This document shows positions 12,087-24,573 of a DNA stretch of 64,000 bases, in pieces. How positions within the stretch are numbered: the stretch's first letter is position 1; the number at the start of each line of letters is the position of its first letter. The stretch covers positions 3,182,484 to 3,246,483 of the forward strand of contig BFEA01000046.1 of the NCBI GenBank assembly GCA_003427395.1, written 5' to 3'. Position numbers and translations under genes: made by a program. The stretch comes from Chara braunii. Its lineage: Eukaryota > Plantae > Charophyceae. The notes beneath the pieces were generated by a model that saw only the letters and a program-made list of their open reading frames with translations, searched no databases and was not told the origin of the DNA.

Positions 12087-15000
12087 ATGGCAATGGAAGA
12101 TGAGATATACAATCATAGGAGCGAGGGAGGATCAGGCTTAGAAGGCAGCACTGTACAAAGCGAGGACGGTCAGAAGGACAGAGAATCGATAAATCCGGAT
12201 GGTACCAAGGGGCACAGGAAGGAATCTCCTCCGGGCAAAGCTCGGGAAAGGCCGGGGGAAGCAAGCAAGGGACCCAGAAGACTAGGGAGGGTAGAAATAA
12301 GGACAGGGCAAGACCCCATAATTCAGATAGAGTTGTATCGAAGAAGGTGAGGATCATGGATGCAAGGCGCAAACTAGCAAAAATAGAAAAGAGGACCGCA
12401 ACGTACAAGGCAAGATTGATCGAGGAAATGATGACTGGGAACGAGGAAAACCTTCCGCAGGAAGAACTGCGGGACGAACGGAAGGTCAGCCGAGGCGGCA
12501 TTGGGCAAGAGGATAAGGGCGGTGACCACGGGGGAACGCCTAGCAAGAGAAGGAAGGAGAGAGAGAACTCCCCTGGAATGGAAGCGGAGAAGGCTACAAA
12601 CCCGCCAACCATAGACAACAGGGCTAGCCGCCTGCCGGCCGCACCAACGGTAATGCGATGGTGCAAGGGGCTTTGGAGCCTTAGGAAAAGGATATTGGGG
12701 TGGTTTGACCCGGAGGGGACTGCAAAAACTAGAGAAGGACAGAGGGTCGGCAAGGAGGGGCAGAAAACCAGTACGGCATGAGAGACCAGCAATTCCGAGG
12801 GTAGCCCCAGGAAGATAGTGTCGTCCCTCGCGCGAGCACTAAACAAAAACCAATGCTACCTTGCAGACGCTAAGAAGAAGTTGACGTTTGACGGGGCAAA
12901 CATTACGCAGTTCCTAATAGATTACGAGAACTTCGCCGCATTGCTAAAATGGAGTGCAGAGAGATGGATCACCTAGGGCAGCATGTGTCATTAAGTTTAG
13001 GGCGAGACATAATGGCCATCGTGGCCGCAAACCGATCTTCGAAGGAGACCCGGGATGTGATGATGAGGAAGTACCTTGCGGTTGAAAAGATGGCAACGGA
13101 AGCCGAACTAGCGGTGGTGCAAAGAAATAACTTCGCAACGTACAATGACTTCCGGAGTGAATTTACCCTAGTAGCACAAAGATTCCTTGGGTAACAGACC
13201 GGATAATAAGCAAGTACTTCCTCACGCAGTTTTTCGAGTTCGATTAAGATAAGATTCTGTCGGCTTACCAACAGACGAGCAAATTTGTAAACACCAGGGA
13301 TGTTGATTTCAGTACGGTAACGGATCTGGCCGAGAAAACGGTAGTGACCACGACACTGGCCTTGCTTAAGGAGAGGGAGATCATAGATCTGACCGACAAG
13401 ACGGACGACAAGGTAAAAAGGGGGATCGAAAGCCTACATGAACGCATGCACGGAGTTGACAATAAAATAGAAAGGGTGGAGAACTCGCTGATGGTTATGC
13501 AGACCCAAGTAGCCCGAACCCCCCTTCCTCCCCAAGAAGCCGTAGTTCCGGCAGGAGTGGCCAACCGAGGGTTCGGCAGGAGAGATCCCGCTAATGGGCA
13601 CTGCAGATATTGCACCGCGGTTGGACATTTTGTGCAAGCTTGCTTGAGGATCAACCACAACATTATAAAAAGGAGATGTATCAGGTTATTAAAGGGGGAA
13701 ATATTCGGACCTCAGGGAGAACGAGTGAACGGGAACTCACCGGAAGGGATGCGGCGCGCCGTTATCATCCTCAATGGGTTTGAGATAGCCGCGGTAGAGG
13801 CTGAACCGGTGACCGATATCGTCTGGGACCAACTCCGAGGCCGCGGGTCACAGGTCAACTTCATCCTAAAAAGCAACGGACGCGACAACGTGAACGCGAC
13901 CACTCGACTAGGGACGACCGGAAGAAGAATTATCCGTGATACTGTAATGGAAGAAGTTGTTGGGGGCTCCCCGACCCAAGCAGAGCCCGAGACCGGAGAA
14001 CCAGAGAAAGTTTACGGGAAACCTAGGGAAGAGGAACCTACAGACAAGGTCGCCGCTGCGAAGAAAAAGTTCAGTTATCAAATATTGATCCTAACCATGC
14101 CCGAGATCAACGACACCCTTAGCAAACTGCTCGGAACCATGGTGTCAGTATCGTTTCAGACCATGTTCCAAGCCAGCCCCAGACTGCTCAAAGCGCTTAG
14201 ACAACGGTTGACTGGCCGATGAGTAGAGATAGATGAAAATCTGGAATCATAGGAAGAGGAAAGAGAGGAGGAAGCTCCGTAAGAAGTCGCTAATCTTCAA
14301 AGGAGTCCTGAAGATTTGGAGGATCTAGGGAAGGCCTTTGCGGACATCCGTCTGAGCTTGCCAGACCGTCAAGGCGGGGAAGTTATGAGGGCTCTACCAG
14401 GGACAAAGCTTAGTTTCCATGCGCTGCCTGTAGGAAAGTTAAAAGTGCAGATCGAAACGCATCACACAGACGCTCTAGTAAACGGAGGTGCGAAAATCAC
14501 ACTCATAAGGAGAAATTTCGCAATAATTACCGGTTGTGTGGTTAACAAGGAAGTAATAGGGAGCATCCGAGGGGCCGGTGGCGAGATCCCGTTTTCAGGA
14601 TACGTTACCAAATGTGCAATCAAGGCAGGCATCCGGGAGTCGATTTGGTCATTTCAGCGGATGACTGTGTTAGACGAGATGGACCATGACATAATCATCG
14701 GAAGACTGTGGTGCGCCAGTGTAGAAATAATAGGGATGCATCTCCATTGCGACACATACATGATAGACCTAGAAGAGCCAATAACTGGTCATGGGGAGCT
14801 CCTCCGACCCATCAGGACCAGAGGGGACCCGCCTAAAGGAAAGTTGGCAACGTGGTCGCCGTCGTTCGAAGATAGTGCTCGAAAAGGGGCTTTTGCACGG
14901 ATGGAAAACATGAGGGAAAGGGTAGAGATTATGATCGAGGAAGCATTCAACACGAAAGAATGGATCAAGATGGGCCTGCCGCAGAAGAAGAGGAGACAGG

Positions 15001-15338
15001 AGGACAAAATCTTAGGCGTAATGGTGTTGGAAAGAGAATTAGAAGTTGAACTTGGGGTCAGTCTTCCCAAGCGGAAAGAGATGCGGATAGAGGAACCGGA
15101 AGTCGCGCTCGAGATCTCCGATTTATTACAGTTCATCAAAACCATCAATTATCACAAAGTAGGGGTGGATCCGACGGCGCTGGCCAAATTTGAAGGGGAA
15201 GTACAGAAGGGATATTGTTTGAATGGGAACATAATCAGTATCCAACCACGGGTCGCGGAGGCAACAAGGGTAATTCCGACTGTTTATTTTTTAGGAGAAA
15301 GATCCCGGAAGGAAGTGCTCGAAAGTACAAGCCAGTAG
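12087..15338 (+). pseudogene. gag: gag-protease of family C (frameshifts and stops)
   Basis: Capsid-like LTFDGANITQFLIDYE, zinc knuckle CRYCTAVGHFVQAC (CX2CX4HX4C), degenerate aspartic protease ALVNGGAK and DIIIGRLW flap/C-terminal motif. ORFs 13344 and 14316 are in the same frame. Confidence 0.9.
15287..15293 (+). promoter_or_regulatory. Candidate -1 ribosomal frameshift heptamer T TTT TTA
   Basis: In phase with the protease ORF. The downstream RT-leader ORF (15215) is in the -1 frame. The same arrangement occurs at 58893. Confidence 0.65.
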
Positions 15339-17103
15339 GGAAGAAAGCTAAGCCAGTCTCGGTCCTACTAGAGACGTCTAAGGAAGAAGCCATGGAAAGG
15401 GAGGAAGAGGTTCTTCGAGTAATCCGAGAGAGGCGAGCGACGGAAGGACATCGGATACCAGATGAAGTGGCTGACACGATGAATAAAGGAATAGAGGAAT
15501 TCTTAACAGAAGAAGAAACCCTTCTGATCAAAAGGACGTGTCAGGAGTTTCATATGGCATTCGCCTTTAGCGATCATCAAAAGGGACGGTTGGACGCGAA
15601 GCTTATCCCTCCGGTCAGAATCCACACGGTAGAACATGAGTGCTGGAATGATAAAGGTAGCATGAGAAGTGACAAGCCTTCTTCGAGCAAAAATGAATTC
15701 CTTCGTCGCGGAGCCTGCCGCGTCCCCAAACGCAAATAGGTGGTTCGTCTTTCGAAAGCCCAACAAGACGCTAAGGTGGATTCAAGACCTTCAAAAGTTG
15801 AATGCACTGACCCTCCGGGATGCCGGCTCGTTACCGCAGGCCGACTTATTAGCAGAGTCCCACGCCGGCCGCAACATTTACTCCCTGATAGATTTGTATT
15901 CAGGGTACGACCAGCTCCCATTGGATGCTCGGGACAGACCATACACCGCAATGCACATCCCCGCAGACCAGTTGCAGATGGAGGTGACCCCTATGGGCTT
16001 CACGAACGCAGTAGCCGAAACGCAAAGGAGGATGTTCGTCGTAGCCGGAGACATGTTTCTAGAGAAGTGTGAACCTTACATCGACGACAATCCGATCAAA
16101 GACGCACAGGAGAAGGACGAGACGGGAGTCCACCTATGAATTCAAAAATTTGTGTGGGATCATCTACAAGACATCAAGGATTGGATAGAGGATTTCTACC
16201 TGTGCGTCTTTGGAAAGGTGTAGCAAATTGGATAGAGGATTTCTACCTGTGCGTCTTTGGAAAGGTGTAGCAAATTGGATAGAGGATTTCTACCTGAGGC
16301 ATCCCTTCATCAAGAGGTTTATAACAGTCAATGGAACGAAATTTGTAAACCAAGAAGTGATGGGAATGCTTAAAAGGCTCTGCGTACCTATCAAACTCAT
16401 CGAGCCGTATCAACCGGAGGGCAATACACCTGTGGAAAGGGGGCACCGGACCTTAAATAACACAATTGCGAAGCTCGCGGCGGACAATATGGGGAGTTGA
16501 CCTATGTATCTTAAGCAGATTATCTTCTTAGAGAACATGACACCTAAGAGGACAACGGGATGTATCCCAACAGAACTTTGGTACGGAAGAGAGATCGATT
16601 TTCGTGTGGAGACCTTGATACCTACCTGGAACAGGTTAGATGATGATCCGCGTATGACCACGGAAGAATTAATTGAGGCACGATGTCAACAAATCCTTCG
16701 AAACGAGGAGGTCATGGAAGACATTGCCAACAGGGTACTAGACAACAGGATAAGGGACAAAGCAAGGTGGGACCAGGTTAAGAATATCCGAAAGGAGCCA
16801 CTTCAGGGGGGAGAGACGATATTGGTAAGAAACTCAACACTAGAAAGAACTTAGTCTGGGCAACTGGGGAAGAGGTTCAGAGACTCATATCGGATCGCTA
16901 AGCGGGTGAGACTGAACACCTTCGAATTGGAAGATTTTGATGGAACTGGTTTGAAGGGACCCTTCCCAGGGCAACAATTGGTCAGGTTTTTAAGTCGGGA
17001 GCCAGTGGAACAATGGCTTCAGGAGGCCGAGGATAAGGGAACTGAGGAGTCTGCAAACGAAGAAACTGACGACAGTCTTGCCCACACTATATCTTGTCTT
17101 TGA
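15293..17103 (+). pseudogene. pol: pol: reverse transcriptase and integrase core; RT C-terminus, RNase H and IN zinc finger deleted
   Basis: RT motifs IQDLQKLN, SLIDLYSGYDQ, TPMGFTNA and YIDD. Integrase core motifs ITVNGTKF, YQPEGNTPVERGHRTL and TTGCIPTELWYG. Confidence 0.93.
16181..16296. repeat. 47-bp duplication (2.5 copies) at the RT/integrase deletion junction
   Basis: TTGGATAGAGGATTTCTACCTG starts at 16181, 16228 and 16275. Confidence 0.9.
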
Positions 17104-17144
17104 CCACGTCTGTTAAACTTTTTTTTTTTTTTTTTAGGAGGGCA

Positions 17145-18379
17145 ATGACTTGGGCTGATTGAAAAAGGGAGGACGATGCCCTGGGGCTTTTTGTGCCGAT
17201 GGTTTTTATGTGGCAATGGGAAAGGCTGCTGGGAGCACTGTACCATAGTTTTTTTTAGGGAAAAATAATGGGATCATTACAAATGCCGCATCCGTATGAA
17301 GAGGCAATGCGTAATAATGGCTTTGTGCAAGGAATACTGGGAGCACTCTGGGAGAGAAAAGGGCATTTTCCTACCAAACTGGAGGGGGGGGACGTGTGTA
17401 TGAGCGGCTCGGTGGGTGTTGTTTTGTTATACAGGATCAAGAAAGAAGCCTTAGAAAAGCAAAAATGAAATTCGGCAATAAAAATGACATCGGGGCGATC
17501 AAAAAGACCTACCGAGGGGGAGGAGCGGGACCAAGCCTAGAGCGAAGGACTGCCAAGAGGAAGTTGTACGGAAGGTACCTGTCCAAACATGTAGTAGGTC
17601 GGAGGGCGAGAAAAAAAGTGTGTAGAGGGCCCTCGCCTTTCAGAAAGGGAGAAAGGATAAACATCTCATCGGGGAGTGAGAGCGAGGAAAAGAAAACGAA
17701 TATGGGAGAGAGGGCTCGAACCTCTGTCGAGGAGAGGGCCGAGGGATGCGAGCAACATGAGCTCTAGCACGGGGAGAATGAAGGGAGGCAGGACATGAGC
17801 AACGGGTGCGAAGAAGGGGAAGAGGGAAGGGAGCGTCTGCATGAAGAGCGGAGCGGCCACAACAGTTGTGAGGGGAGATACACGGACTTTGGGGAAGGAT
17901 ATGGGAGAAGGACGAAGATTCCTTATAATCTAGATCCAAAGAAATTCACGGGTGAGTTCAGCCCCGTACGAGTCGAAGATAGTGAGGACGAGAAAGAAGA
18001 AGTCCAAGAGGTCATAGAGATTAGCAGTGGCGATGAGAGGAATGAAATCTCAAGGCCCAGAGAAGAGAGGCGACCCTCGGTGAACCAGCCACACGAAGGA
18101 TCCTTCAGATGGGAAGAGGAGTTTGGGCCGACGCCTAGTCATTGGTTTGAACAATGGCTCAGTGTAATCAAGTACGACTGGATTATCAAGGTTTCGGAAT
18201 TCATGGAGGACGAAGTGGCAACCACGCCTTTAGACTTTTACAGTGAGAAGGAGTTGCGAGATATTGCGAAGAGAAAGAGAGAAATCATGGCCTCAGGCCT
18301 AGAAGTTAAAAAGTCAACAGAAGGACGGGATCGACAAAGGACCGAGCAAGAAGAGGCACATGACAACAAGAAGGACTAA
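17145..18379 (+). pseudogene. Degenerate ORF(s) downstream of integrase, unknown function
   Basis: Sense ORF fragments 17268, 17396 and 17795 are protein-like (FRWEEEFGPTPSHWFEQW...). They follow a poly-T/AG acceptor at 17136-17137 and an ATG at 17145. Confidence 0.5.
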
Positions 18380-19074
18380 ATGTTATCGGAATTAAACATA
18401 AATTGTGCTTTTCTTTTGCACATTTGGACTGCCAAAGTTTGGATAGTATGAGTGAGCTTGCTAAAGAATGAGTGATATAAGGACTAACTAGAATTGTGTC
18501 ACGATGAGTTAGAAGATAGCGTTTGAGGCTACTTCCTTGATAAGCTACCTTTGAAAGAATGTGTGCAAAACAATGACACGGGGTATGGGGGTGAGAATGG
18601 TTGAGATGGGTGTATTGTGAGCTTTGGATGAAATAAAGATTGCGCTTTTGAGAAGAAACCGTGAGTTCGGATTGACAAGCAAAGCAAGGCATTGAGTGTG
18701 AGTCGAGTACTAGAGAGGTTAGGGAACCTATGGGTAAAGAGGTGTGAAGAACACCCCTTCCCTAGGAGCCTAATCCAACTAAGTTTTGAATGAACTTGAA
18801 AGTTGAGAGGTCAGAAAGAGTGAAAACAGAGGGGGTGTCCCCGTCCTCCGCTATGGTTGAATGGTCGGGTGGGCTAGTACTACTTGAGGACACAAAGCCT
18901 CAACTCGAGTGCTTGATGCTAAGTCGGGTGTATGCATGAACGACGAATGGTATTGAGAAAGGATAAGGGATATCGCACACATAAAATTGTAAAGAGATGA
19001 CCACCTTCTAACCCCAAGACAAAGATGAGATCCTTGTCCTCAAGGCCTATCCCCTTGGGCGCTAACATTGAGAT

Positions 19075-19260
19075 GGATAAGGACGACCCTCAAGAGGCCG
19101 TTCAACTGGAACGGATAAGGACGGCTTTGACAAGGCCGTTCGACTGGAATGGATAAGGATGGCCCTGCCAAGACCGTTCAACTGGAATGGACAAGAACGC
19201 CCTTAACCAGACCGTTCAATTGAGAATGAAAAGAATGACTCTAACCAGGTTGTTTGGAAT
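19075..19260. repeat. 38-bp tandem repeat, 4-5 copies, in the 3' UTR of element C
   Basis: GGATAAGGACGACCCTCAAGAGGCCGTTCAACTGGAAC and variants. Confidence 0.85.
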
Positions 19261-20368
19261 AGCTCCTGACAAGGGTCATTCTTTGGAATTGTTACTAGCG
19301 TCGCCTTGCTGCCCTTGCATGGCTGCTTGAGAAATGATGGGTTGGACGAATCAGAAATTTGCATTGAAGTATTGCTTGAGGGTTGGAAATTGTATTGCAT
19401 ATCAGGGGGGCCTAGGCGGATTGGAAAGGACATGAAAATTGCATTGGAAGAATTTTACTTTTTTCTAGTCTGAGGCCTCGGCAGGAGGGGGATGCCGGCC
19501 CCAGGACCTCTACCCTTCAAGGGAAAAATCTCAGTGCGACCTGCTGCTCATAAGGAAGGATAAGGGTTAAAGAACCAAGGCATCTTTCTCTTGGATTGGT
19601 GTTCGCCGTCCGGAACTAACTCCGACAACGAGCTCTAGTCGGGGAGTTCGAACTGTGCCTCATGCTGAGAACCTAAACGTCAAGGGCGTGGAGCCAAACG
19701 GGTGTGGAACCATTCTTTTCCTAAGTCTCATTTGCTCTCCTTAACCACACGCCATACTGTAGAGGGGCGGCGTGACCGTTTGAGATGGACAAAGGTTGCT
19801 CGCGTTAAGTTGAGCGGCACTGTCCAAAGGGAGGTGTCGGGCGGGGTACCGGTGGAGTCCGCACCCACCACAGGGCGAGTGACACCGCCCTACCGGATCA
19901 TTACAACCGTTCCGAGACTAACAACGAAGTCTTCGTAATTGCACTCGCAGACTGATAGAGAGCCCGAACTCTCTTAAAAGGAAGAGGCCGGATCCAAGAA
20001 AACACCACTTGGGAGGAACGATTGGCGAGGGGGCCACTTGTGGTATGATGGGGTCCTATGAGGCGTGGACTGGACCGCCTAACAGATGTGAGGAGGCACC
20101 TGAATGAGGATGCCCATTTCCAAAGAAGTGGTTGTCGGACCAGAGTAGAGGATGAGGTGAGTTATCAGTGGGGGAGGACTGATCACCCTTCCTTTTTGGG
20201 GCTGATGGGCCTACATTTGTCTACTTAGTTGGCAGGGCAAGGTCTGCGTACCTCCAAGGGAGAATCAGTCGTGCGATGGGGACATCGCATTTTGAGTGGG
20301 GGGAAGGCATATCATCTACCGATGAAAAAACGCAAAAGGATAAGGTTACTATCAGTTCGAGAAAGGCA

Positions 20369-20880
20369 TCATGTGTAATTGAATTTGCGTGGGCTTGATA
20401 AAGGTCTGGCAAGATGTCCAGAAGAGAAAATGCATGTGTAATTGACTTTGCGTGGGCTTGAGAAAGGCCTGGCAAGATGTTCAGAAGAGAGAAGGCATGT
20501 GTAATTGATTTTGTGTGGGCTTGAGAAAGACATGGCAATATGTCCAGAAGAGAAAAACATGTGTAATTGACTTTCTGTGGGCTTGAGAAAGATCTGACAA
20601 GATGTCCGGAAGAGAAAGGCATGTGTAATTGACTTTGCGTGGGCTTGAGAGAGGCCTAGCAAGATGTCCAGCAGAGAAAGGCGTGTGTAATTGACTTTGT
20701 GCAAGCTTCAGAAAGGTCTGGCAAAATGTCCAGAAGAGAAAAGCATGTGTAATTGACTTTGCAGGGACTTGAGAAAGGCCTGGCAAGATGACCAGAAGAG
20801 AAAGGAATGTGTAATTGACTTTGTTGGGCTTGGGAAAGGTCTGGCAAGGTGTTAAGAAGAGAGATGCATATGAAATGGAT
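20369..20880. repeat. About 62-bp tandem repeat, 8 copies
   Basis: CATGTGTAATTGACTTTGCGTGGGCTTGAGAAAGGCCTGGCAAGATGTCCAGAAGAGAAAGG. Confidence 0.93.
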
Positions 20881-21211
20881 TGGGAAACATACATGTAAAA
20901 TTTATTGAGCTTGGGCGCAAGAAAGGTCTGATGAAGGAGACATGCATGTGAAATAGGCAAGACTAGAGAAAAGTCTGATAAAATAACTTGGAAGAAATGC
21001 ATGTAAATCTGATTGAGTATGAGATTGAGGAAAGGATGGCGGAAGGCACGGATTGCACGAGCCGAAGAACCAATTAAAAGAGGCACTGAGGGTGACAGAG
21101 ACCGGAAAAAAGATTTGGTCGACATGGGATGGAGGGAAGAACGTTTGAAGGCATTTGGGATAACTAGGCTCAAAGGAGGAGTATGGACTGCGGAACGAAA
21201 GAAGAAAAAAC

Positions 21212-21545
21212 TTGATGCACTTCGGGTGATGAATGAGATGAAAAGCTTAATGTACTTCGGGTGATGAATGATACGAAAAGCTTGATGCACTTCGGGTGAT
21301 GAATGAGACAAAAAACTTGATGCACTTCGGTTGATGAATGAGACGAAAAACTTGATGCACTTCGAGTNNNNNNNNNNNNNNNNNNNNNNNNNNNNNNNNN
21401 NNGATGCACTTCGAGTGATGAATGAGACGAAAAACTAGATGCACTTTGGTGATCAATGAGACGAAAAGCTTGATGCACTTCGGGTGATGAATGAGACGAA
21501 AAGCTTGATGCACTTCGGGTGATGAATGAGACAAAAAAGCCGAAA
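21212..21545. repeat. 35-bp tandem repeat with an internal N gap
   Basis: TTGATGCACTTCGGGTGATGAATGAGACGAAAAGC at about 35-bp spacing from 21212. Confidence 0.93.
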
Positions 21546-22339
21546 AAGGGTTTGATGTTCTAAGAGTGATGAATGAGAAGAGAGAAGCCTGAAGGAGGTC
21601 CTTGACCCTCCACACACCCCTCCCCGCCCAAGGAGCGGAGACTAGAAGAAACCCCGAAAAAGGAACAAGAAAAGATAAAGAAGACCCCGACAAATTAACT
21701 ACCCATCACACCACACCCCTTCTCCTCCGTTTTTCCCTCCAGACCCTCCTACAGATAAAAGATTGGTGCGCGATGAGGACATCACGAATAAGTGGGGGGA
21801 ATGTGTCGGGACCGGTGGGTTCCAAATAACATCCCGCCACTCGAGAGCCTGTATATAGCCAAATTGTGCACAATAGAGAAATCCGGAGTAAGGAGCTAAG
21901 AGAGAGAAAAGACAAAGGACTAGGCCGCAAGGGGGAGTGATGCCCTGGGTTAAGAATCGCAGGGGGAAAGAACCGGCGACGACAAGCAAGTAAGCGTGAG
22001 GACATGGGTGCATAGAACATAGCATGAGGCCATGAGGGTCGTTGAAATTCAGCAAGACTAAGGCCAAGGGGCCATTAACCCCGGAAACACTACACGACAG
22101 CGACAAAAGAATGATGGAGCCGAGAGGTAGACAACTTCGGTGGCCGTGGGACGCTAGAGCCCAACATGGGGGCCGCTTACGACAATTAACGGGAGTCTCA
22201 GATTGGAGGCCCACGACCGGAGAAAGTAACGCACACAAGGCCCAAGAGAAAGTAAGGAAAAGGGGGTCACCATAGGGCGGTAGACGCCCAAAGAACGTGA
22301 GACACCTTGAGGAAAGATACCAGGGACCACGTGAGACTA

Positions 22340-23157
22340 AGTAAAAATAATGATAGCCGGGACAAAATATGTCGGGGACCACCGGTGGGACTAAGTGTCG
22401 GGGACCACCGGTGGGACTAAGTGTCGGGGACCACCGGCGGAACTCAGTGTCAGGGACCACCGACAGGACTAAGTATCGGGGACCACCGACGGGACTAAGT
22501 GTCGGGGACAACCGGCGGGACTAAGTGTTGAGGACCACTGATGGGACAAAGTGGTGGGGACCACGGACGGGCCAAGTGGCAGGGATATGAGAAGGTCCCA
22601 AGAGGAACGACGGAGCAGCATAAGGAGAAAACAATTAAGACAAGATGCGTTGTCGAGATCGAGATCTTGATGATAAAAAATATTAGCATCGCTAGTGCAA
22701 GCACTAGCGGTAGCAAACGGAAAGGCCAAAAGGAAAAGAAAAAGTAAGGAAACATGAACTGGAAGGCATGGAAGCAATCCGAAAAATCTCGGATCGGCCT
22801 CAATCAAGAAAATGGAGTCAAAAGAGACTCCATGTGAAAAATTGGCCTCCGGGAGAAAATTGGAGTAGGAAGGGCTACTGTGGGAGAGAAATAAAGGAAA
22901 AAGAAGCTCCCATGGGCATGAGGGAGCCATTATTGTAGTCCGAGATGTAGTGGACTGGGAGGGCGAAAACTAAGAGGAAGAGCCTAGAAAAGGGCCTTAA
23001 CGGCCACTTGACACTTAACATGCTAGAAAAATAAAGAAAAGAAAAGAAAAATGTGGGAGAATAAGACAAAAAGAGTAAGAGTGAGTGAGTGAGTTGGCCG
23101 TCAGTAGGGACTTCCACAAGTAGGGACTGGCGGGTCCCTATGGTCCAANAAANAANN

Positions 23158-23205
<48 letters not shown>

Positions 23206-24573
23206 CCTTAACGATAAAAAACGGTCACTTGGGGAGATGCATCCGTGACCAGACACATTCTGGAATATGGCGGTTGCAAAGGACCTGGATGTTCTCTTGA
23301 TCTTGCAGAGAATATCAAGAAAACTTAAGGCCCCATTCAACCGAAATACAATGGATTACATGTGGGAGGAGAAACACACGTTTTAGGTGCATCCGGAGCT
23401 AAAATTGAGCTCGGATGCACTTGGAAGTTGGTAGTTTCTTTTTCTTTCAGTTGAGGGCTAGTTGTGGGGCATTGATCCCTATTGCAGCCCGAGTTACAAC
23501 GGACTGCATGGGGAAGGGAAAACACATGGTTTAGGTGCATCCGGAACCAATATTGAACCCGGATGCACTTGAGAATTGATCGTTTCATTTTCTTTCAAAA
23601 TGAGGCAAGTTGTGGGGCTGTGGGACTAGGAAAAGGGTCATAATTGCAGTCCGAGAAATATCGGACTGTATAAGGATGCCTAGGCTAAACGAAAATAGGT
23701 CACGACAAGCCCAAAATGCTAGAAAAAAGTGATTTCGGCATGGGGCAAATAAAGATGGTAGACGACAACCGTAAGATGAGATCCCACGGCCAAGAATAAT
23801 CGGCACACGTGGAGCACCTAAGGAAGGGATATTAGAACCACCAAGGGCAAGGAGCTCCCAAAATAAAAATGATACATCATCCGGGACGTTGTCAGGGACT
23901 AAGTAGGGTCAAATAATAATAGTCAAAAAACGGGACAAACGCCGGCGGGACTACCGGCGAGACAAAAAAAATGGAACTAGGACGAGGAAAGTGGCGGGGA
24001 TTTGAGTTGTCCCAAGGTAACCACGAGCCAACATAAGGAATGAACATGCAAGTAAACGGCACCGTCGAGATTAAGATCTAAACGATGAAAAATATTAGCA
24101 CCACCAGTGCAAGTACTTGTGGGATCAAATGAGAGAGTCATGCGAAAAAAATAAATCAAATTAATGGTGTTGGGAGGGCAGCCCAGCAGTCCGGGATATC
24201 TCGGACTAGCTAGGGATAAGAAAATAAAGCCCAAAGAGGCCCAACGCAGAAAAAAGGTTGCCTAAAGAAAATCGGAGCAAAGGAGGCTCAAAGTTGGGAC
24301 TAACGGAGGCAAAATGGAGCCCCCTAGGAGCATGGGGCTGCCATTATTGTAATTCGAGATATAACAACCAACTGCTGGGTTTGAATCTGGCCATGGATGA
24401 GAATCCATGGCCTAGAAAAAGACTCAACAACTATTTGTCACTTGTCACATCAAAAATAAAAGAAAAGAAAAGAAAAAGAGAGAGAAAATGGAGGGAGAAT
24501 GAGACAAAGGGGGAGAAAAGGGTGGAGGAGAATTTGTCGGCCTATTGGGACCTGCACAGTAGGCTATGTGACA
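22340..24573. mobile_element. Two diverged copies of an LTR-like repeat (about 22340-23130 and 23900-24573)
   Basis: Shared blocks GTCGAGAT..AAAAATATTAGCA..AGTGCAAG, GCCATTATTGTA.T.CGAGAT and GGGAC.T.CACA. The second copy ends ...TGTGACA. Confidence 0.55.
22370..22575. repeat. 26-bp tandem repeat, about 8 copies
   Basis: GGACTAAGTGTCGGGGACCACCGGTG. CTAAG-like anchors at 22391, 22417, 22469, 22495 and 22521. Confidence 0.92.

Larger units (their letters stand above)
6150..20200 (+). mobile_element. Decayed Ty3/gypsy LTR retrotransposon, family C, with extra ORFs; matching 3' LTR not found
   Basis: An LTR is followed by gag (CCHC), protease, RT and integrase in Ty3/gypsy order (RT before IN). 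The right boundary is approximate. Confidence 0.85.

Noticed and set aside
12010-12846. 278-aa minus-strand ORF and similar antisense ORFs over gag/pol
   Set aside because: They are shadow frames of the purine-rich gag strand, with no independent motifs.
21212-21545. Hammerhead-like TGATGA...CGAAA in the 35-bp repeat
   Set aside because: The core C3 is G, stem II does not pair, and no stem I/III with an NUH site can be built.
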